Source: Candidatus Omnitrophota bacterium (GTDB lineage Bacteria > Omnitrophota > Gorgyraeia > 1-14-0-20-64-10). Taken from it: DNA of 64,000 nt. Shown piece after piece: positions 59,102 through 64,000 of the stretch. Both the position numbers and the translations under genes were made by a program. The notes under the pieces are model-generated. The model did no database searches and was not told the DNA's origin. It was given only the letters and a program-made list of their open reading frames with translations. Each line of letters begins with the position of its first letter. Positions within the stretch are counted from its first letter, which is position 1. The DNA is taken from assembly GCA_030651065.1 (NCBI GenBank), contig JAUSCU010000077.1, positions 13,362-77,361 on the forward strand, given 5' to 3'.

Positions 59102-60742
59102 CTAACCTTCCCTATACTGGTTGGTGATCGGCATCCGGCGGTCCCGCCCGAACGCCAGCGGCGTAATCTTGATACCGGGAGCGGCTTGGCGGCGCTTGTA
59201 TTCACTGGAGTCAATCATCCGAAGCACGCGGCCCACCGAAACGCCGGAAGACCCCCTCCCGCGCCGGATCTCGGAGGCCGGGCGGCGCTCCTCCACGTAG
59301 GCGCGGATGACCGCGTCCAGCTTGGCGTAAGGCGGCAGGACATCCTGGTCCGTCTGGTTGGGCTTTAGCTCCGCGCTGGGTGGGCGCCGCAAAACCGAGT
59401 CGGGGATGACCTTCTTTCCGAAAACACGGTTCGCGTACCGGGAGATCCGGTAGACTTGAGTCTTGGGGACATCTTTGATCACGGCAAATCCGCCCACCAT
59501 GTCGCCGTAGAGCGTGCAGTACCCTGTCGAGATCTCTGATTTGTTCCCGGTGGACAGCACCAGCCAGCCAAACTTGTTGGAGAGGGCCATCAGCAAGGTT
59601 CCCCGGATCCTGGCCTGCAGGTTCTCCTCGGTCGCGTCCGGCTTCGTCCGCCCGATCCCCCTCTCCAGCGTGGAGAGAAAGGTCTGAAAGACCGGCTCGA
59701 TCGGAATCTCCAGGAACCGGATCCCGAGCGCCTTCGCGGCTTTACGGGCGTCCCGTTGGGTCCCCGCCGAGGAATACCTCGACGGCATGGAAACCGCCGT
59801 CACCGACCCACGCCCCAGCGCCGCCACCGCGAGGACCGCTGTGAGAGCCGAGTCCACCCCCCCGCTCATCCCCACCACCACGCGGGAGAAACCGTTCTTG
59901 CTCACGTAATCCCGAAGCCCTAGCACCAGCGCGTGGAAGACCTCTTCCTCCGGCTTCATCGGCCGGGCGGACGGTCCGCTCAAAGAGCGGCAACCGCCGG
60001 CCGACCCGTCCGCGGGAAGCTCCACGATGAACAGGCCTTCCTTAAACTGCGGCGCCTTGAAAACCGTCCGGCCCCGGGGGTCCACCACCATCGATCCGCC
60101 GTCGAAGACCAGCTCATCCTGCCCGCCCACCAAGTTCGTGTAGCAGATCCAGCTGCGGCACTGCCGGGCTCGCCGGGTCAGGATCCTCTCCCGCAGCATC
60201 CATTTCCCCGCGTGATAAGGAGAGGCGGAGAGGTTTACCAGCAGCCGCGCCCCAGAAGCGGCCTCCGTCCGGCAGGGCCCGTCGTCCCTCCAGATGTCTT
60301 CGCAGATGGAGAGCCCCACCCGGACGCCGCCGCAATCGAACAGCAGCGGCTTCTTTCCGGCCGTGAAGTACCGCTTTTCATCGAAAACGCCGTAGTTGGG
60401 AAGCATCATCTTGTGATAGGTGTGGATCAAGCGGCCGTCGCGTAGGACCGCCGCCGCGTTGGTCAGCCGCCCGGAACGGTCCTGATCCGCGAAACCCACC
60501 ACCGCGCAGATCCCCTTACTGAGAGGAACGATCCGGCGCAGCGCCGCTTGGGTTTCCCGGATAAAAGAGGGCTTGAGCAGAAGGTCTTCCGGCGGGTAAC
60601 CGGTCACCGCCAGCTCCGGAAAGAGAACCAGCCCAGCGCCTCTCTTCCGGGCCTGGTCCATGGCGCCGCAAATCTTTTCACGGTTGGCGGCCAGCGCGCC
60701 CACCGTCACGTTGATCTGGGCCATCGCGACCCGGAGCCGCAT
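59102..60742 (-). CDS. nadE: Glutamine-dependent NAD+ synthetase
   Basis: Nitrilase domain (FPEL, ICEDIW) plus SGGVDS, ENLQARIR, TGNKSE. Confidence 0.94.
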   Translation of the reverse strand: MRLRVAMAQINVTVGALAANREKICGAMDQARKRGAGLVLFPELAVTGYPPEDLLLKPSFIRETQAALRRIVPLSKGICAVVGFADQDRSGRLTNAAAVLRDGRLIHTYHKMMLPNYGVFDEKRYFTAGKKPLLFDCGGVRVGLSICEDIWRDDGPCRTEAASGARLLVNLSASPYHAGKWMLRERILTRRARQCRSWICYTNLVGGQDELVFDGGSMVVDPRGRTVFKAPQFKEGLFIVELPADGSAGGCRSLSGPSARPMKPEEEVFHALVLGLRDYVSKNGFSRVVVGMSGGVDSALTAVLAVAALGRGSVTAVSMPSRYSSAGTQRDARKAAKALGIRFLEIPIEPVFQTFLSTLERGIGRTKPDATEENLQARIRGTLLMALSNKFGWLVLSTGNKSEISTGYCTLYGDMVGGFAVIKDVPKTQVYRISRYANRVFGKKVIPDSVLRRPPSAELKPNQTDQDVLPPYAKLDAVIRAYVEERRPASEIRRGRGSSGVSVGRVLRMIDSSEYKRRQAAPGIKITPLAFGRDRRMPITNQYREG

Positions 60743-61542
60743 TAGAAGGCCACCATCGCCAGGCCGGCGGCGTCTGCCGCCGCGATCATCTCCGGACGGC
60801 TGAACAGCAACACACGGCCCGCCTCGAGCCCAAGACACCCGGCGCCGGCCTCTTTCATCGCCCGCACCGTCTCCGGGCCGACCACCGGAATGTCGAAACG
60901 CATGTCGTGGTCCGGCTCGCAAGCCTTGGCCACCACGCAGCCGGGGCCGGCCAGCCGGCCGGCCCGGAGGATCGCTTCATCGGTCCCTTCCAACGCTTCC
61001 ACGGCAGCAACCGCCTTCCGCTTGACCACCAGCGTCTGGCCGATCCCCAGTTCCGCCAATTTTCGGGCCAGCTTCATGCCGAACTGGAGGTCCGCCTGCT
61101 CCTCCGCCGAAGGAGCGCGCCGGGTCAGCGTACCCGGCTCGGGAATCCAGTGTTTCAGGAAAGTTCCGGAATGCAGGACCCGAAACCCCTTCGCCTCAAG
61201 GGTTTGGACCGCCATCTTCATCGCGGAGTTGCCGGACCGGTCCGGCATCAGATTCAGCAGCTGCCGGACAACGCCGTCCCACTGCCCTTCCCCTTTGAGC
61301 AACCGCTCCGGGCGAATCTGCCCGGCCAGCAGCAAGTCCCGCACGCCGGCCTCTTTCAGAAGTTCCGGCACGCGGCCGATCTCGGAGAAGGAAATCCAAA
61401 ACATCCGGCTCACTTCCCGCTCCAAGGCCGGATCGGTCTCTTCCTTCAGACCGACCGCCACCACCTCATACCCCTGCGCCTTGGCCGAACGAGCCGCGTG
61501 GATCGGGAACGAGCGATTACCTGCTATGAGTCCGAGTATTAT
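60742..61542 (-). CDS. lpxI: UDP-2,3-diacylglucosamine diphosphatase LpxI (DUF1009)
   Basis: LGLIAG N-terminus, GIGQT, AVEALEGTD, DMRFDIPVVG; start non-canonical (ATA) or uncertain. Confidence 0.8.
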   Translation of the reverse strand: MILGLIAGNRSFPIHAARSAKAQGYEVVAVGLKEETDPALEREVSRMFWISFSEIGRVPELLKEAGVRDLLLAGQIRPERLLKGEGQWDGVVRQLLNLMPDRSGNSAMKMAVQTLEAKGFRVLHSGTFLKHWIPEPGTLTRRAPSAEEQADLQFGMKLARKLAELGIGQTLVVKRKAVAAVEALEGTDEAILRAGRLAGPGCVVAKACEPDHDMRFDIPVVGPETVRAMKEAGAGCLGLEAGRVLLFSRPEMIAAADAAGLAMVAF

Positions 61543-62888
61543 AGCTTTTCGTCTCCATCCAGAAGGGCGAACATGAGATCCGCCTCCACAGCCGTTTTTC
61601 CTTCCACGCTGGCGCGCGTGCGCATCATGCCGGTCTTGGCCCGGATTCGCAGGATCTCCGTCTCCAGCATGAGAGTGTCCCCCGGCAGCACGGTTCTCCG
61701 GAACTTCACCTTGTCCATCGCCACGAAATAAGCATACTTGCCCAGATGCTCCGGCTTATTCAGCAGCAACAGGCCCGACAGCTGCGCCAGGGCTTCGATC
61801 ATGAGAACACCCGGCATCACCGGCCGTTTCGGGAAATGGCCCTGGAAGAACGGCTCGTTGATCGTAATGTTCTTCAACCCCACCGCCCTTTTGTCCGGCA
61901 CCAGCTCGGTGACCCGGTCCACCAGCAGAAACGGATAGCGGTGCGGGAGAATCCTCTGGATCGCGTGGATGTCCAGCGATCGGGCCTCCGGCTCTACGTG
62001 CTGCGCCTGGATCCCGCTCTCCTTGCTCCGCTCGATCAGTTGGCGAAGCCGCTGAACGAGCCGGATGTTCAGCGTATGGCCCGACCGGATCGCCAGCACG
62101 TGCCCCTGGATCGGCCGGCCAAGCAGGTAGAGGTCCCCGATCAGGTCCAGCACCTTGTGCCGGACGTGCTCGTCGGGGTAACGCAGGTGGTTGTTCACCA
62201 CCCGGCCGGTGGGTTCGACCACCACCGTGTTCTCGTAGGTGGACCCCTTCCCCAACCCGATCTCGCGCAGGGCTTCCACCTCCTGCGCGAGGCAGAACGT
62301 GCGGGCGGAGGCGATTTCCTTTTCAAACGTGGCCGGCGTTACCTCCGCCGAGAAGAATTGCGCGGTCAGCGTGGGAACGGGATAACTCAAGGTGTAGGAA
62401 ACTCGGAACGTGTCGCCCGGAAAGACCGCCAGCGCCGACGACCCCTCCTCGACCCAGACGGGTTCCCGGATGGGGATCGGCCGGCGAGGAGCCGGCTGCT
62501 CCTGGATGCCGACGCGCCGGAACAGTTCCAGAAACGGGTGGGCCGATCCGTCCATCCCCGGCACCTCCTCGCCGCTGATCTCCACCAGCAGGTTGTCGAT
62601 GCCGCAGCCGAAACAGCTGGCCATCAGGTGCTCAATCGTGTGCACCTCCACCACGCCGTTCCCAACCGAGGTCCGGCGCTGGCGGCGCCCGGCGTCCAGG
62701 ATACTGGGGACCGCCGCGTGAACCGGCGAGGAACCCGCCAGGTCGGTCCGGAGAAAATTGATCCCGCTGTCCGGCGGAGCCGGTTTAAATTCCACCCGTA
62801 CCGTCTTTCCGGTGTGCAGGCCGATCCCTTCAACGCGGACCGGCTTTCGGATCGTCTGCTGCTTGACGACCGAGGGCTCTTCAGCCAC
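61539..62888 (-). CDS. lpxC: Bifunctional LpxC-FabZ
   Basis: [24 protein letters not shown]; [21 protein letters not shown]. Confidence 0.93.
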   Translation of the reverse strand: MAEEPSVVKQQTIRKPVRVEGIGLHTGKTVRVEFKPAPPDSGINFLRTDLAGSSPVHAAVPSILDAGRRQRRTSVGNGVVEVHTIEHLMASCFGCGIDNLLVEISGEEVPGMDGSAHPFLELFRRVGIQEQPAPRRPIPIREPVWVEEGSSALAVFPGDTFRVSYTLSYPVPTLTAQFFSAEVTPATFEKEIASARTFCLAQEVEALREIGLGKGSTYENTVVVEPTGRVVNNHLRYPDEHVRHKVLDLIGDLYLLGRPIQGHVLAIRSGHTLNIRLVQRLRQLIERSKESGIQAQHVEPEARSLDIHAIQRILPHRYPFLLVDRVTELVPDKRAVGLKNITINEPFFQGHFPKRPVMPGVLMIEALAQLSGLLLLNKPEHLGKYAYFVAMDKVKFRRTVLPGDTLMLETEILRIRAKTGMMRTRASVEGKTAVEADLMFALLDGDEKL

Positions 62889-63936
62889 GGCGGTTCCGCC
62901 TCTTCTTCGCCTTCAAAAGTTTTTCCAGCTCTTCGACTTTCTGATAAAGCTCCGGAAGCTTCTGTAGGACCGCGTGCACCCTCTTGACTCGGGAAATAGG
63001 CCGGGCGGGAAGCCCCCACACACGCGAGCCGGCTGGGATCGACTTGGTCACGCCGGACTGGGCGCCCACCATCACGTTGTCGCCCAGCGTGAGGTGCCCG
63101 GCCACGCCGACCTGCCCCGCCAGCACCACGTTCTTGCCAAGCACCGTGGAACCGGAAATGCCGGACTGCGCCACCAAGATGCAGTTGGGCCCGACCACCA
63201 CGTTGTGGGCGATCTGAACCAGGTTGTCCACCTTCGTCCCCTTGCCGATCACGGTCTTCCCGAACCGGGCCCGGTCGATCGTCACGTTGGCTCCGATCTC
63301 CACGTCATCTTCCACGACCACGGTTCCGGTCTGCGGAATCTTGTGATGGATCCCCTGCACCGTGGCGAACCCGAATCCATCGGAGCCGATTACCGTTCCG
63401 GGATGGACGATGACCCGGTGGCCGATCTCCACCTTCTCGCGAATTGAGACATGGGGATAGATGAGGCAATCATTTCCGATCCGGACGTTCCGGCCCACGG
63501 TGCAGCCGGCGTAGATCACCGTCCGGTCGCCGATCTCGGCGCCGTCCTCGATCACGGCGAACGGCTGAATCGCCACCCCAGCCCCCAGCCGGACCTTCTT
63601 CCCGATCACCGCCTTGGGGCTGATACCCCGCGGGCGCTGCTCCAGGTCCGGATTGGCCAGGGACGCCAGTTTAGAAAACGCGAGTGAGGGATCTTCAGTC
63701 TGGATGATCGGAAGCGGAGCGGAATGGATTTGCCTGGAGGTGAGAACCGCCGAGGCCCGGGTGCTTTCCAGCAGAGGCAGGTACTTCGAGTTCGCGATAA
63801 AGGTCAAGTGGCCGCGCCCCGCCTCCTTGATCCCGCAGAGACCGGTGATCCGAGTCTCCCCGTCCCCCACCACCGTGCCGCCCACCCACCGGGCGACCTC
63901 CGCCAGGCGCCGCGGGAAAAGCCCGTTGCGTTTCAC
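62881..63936 (-). CDS. lpxD: UDP-3-O-acyl-glucosamine N-acyltransferase
   Basis: Hexapeptide repeats, [16 protein letters not shown]. Confidence 0.94.
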   Translation of the reverse strand: MKRNGLFPRRLAEVARWVGGTVVGDGETRITGLCGIKEAGRGHLTFIANSKYLPLLESTRASAVLTSRQIHSAPLPIIQTEDPSLAFSKLASLANPDLEQRPRGISPKAVIGKKVRLGAGVAIQPFAVIEDGAEIGDRTVIYAGCTVGRNVRIGNDCLIYPHVSIREKVEIGHRVIVHPGTVIGSDGFGFATVQGIHHKIPQTGTVVVEDDVEIGANVTIDRARFGKTVIGKGTKVDNLVQIAHNVVVGPNCILVAQSGISGSTVLGKNVVLAGQVGVAGHLTLGDNVMVGAQSGVTKSIPAGSRVWGLPARPISRVKRVHAVLQKLPELYQKVEELEKLLKAKKRRNRRG

Positions 63937-64000
63937 CTGCTCTTCCCGGCGCGCCCGTTCAGGATGGTGATCACCTCCTGCGTCAGGTCAATCGTGTCGG
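63933..64000 (-). CDS. C-terminal fragment of OmpH/Skp chaperone
   Basis: ...[21 protein letters not shown]-stop, upstream of lpxD. Confidence 0.6.
   Translation of the reverse strand, partial: DTIDLTQEVITILNGRAGKSR

Overview
GC-rich window from a diderm bacterium (lipid A genes; fused lpxC-fabZ and a 'GLEE'-motif secreted protein tentatively suggest PVC/Omnitrophota). Core content: cysDN plus an FNR-like reductase; an ECF sigma/anti-sigma-TolC-MacAB locus; DEAD-box helicase; ppc-recR-dnaX; serS with all four tRNA-Ser isoacceptors; rpsB-tsf-pyrH-frr; lpx genes; and a nitrogen cluster (nadE, actinobacterial-type glnR, porin, amtB, glnK, two glnA) with 11-bp-period GlnR-like boxes. The main accessory region is a lower-GC island in tRNA-Asn (about 14055-24667) with a large serine recombinase, an EcoRI-type MTase/DUF262-HNH pair, a tyrosine-recombinase module and an AbiJ/TM/HEPN/SIR2 defence cassette. 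Top finding: the serine recombinase's attP lies inside its own gene. When integrated it reads its C-terminus from the antisense tRNA, while the displaced C-terminal segment (LPVLDELRNCFLYG...) sits at the far end of the island. A second copy of that segment and a degenerate attL define a tandem recombinase-less 1.3-kb cargo cassette. A 4.4-kb c-di-GMP cassette (PilZ-PilT fusion plus diguanylate cyclase) is bounded by a 44-bp duplication of a gene end. All calls come from manual reading and motif recognition; no database searches were run.
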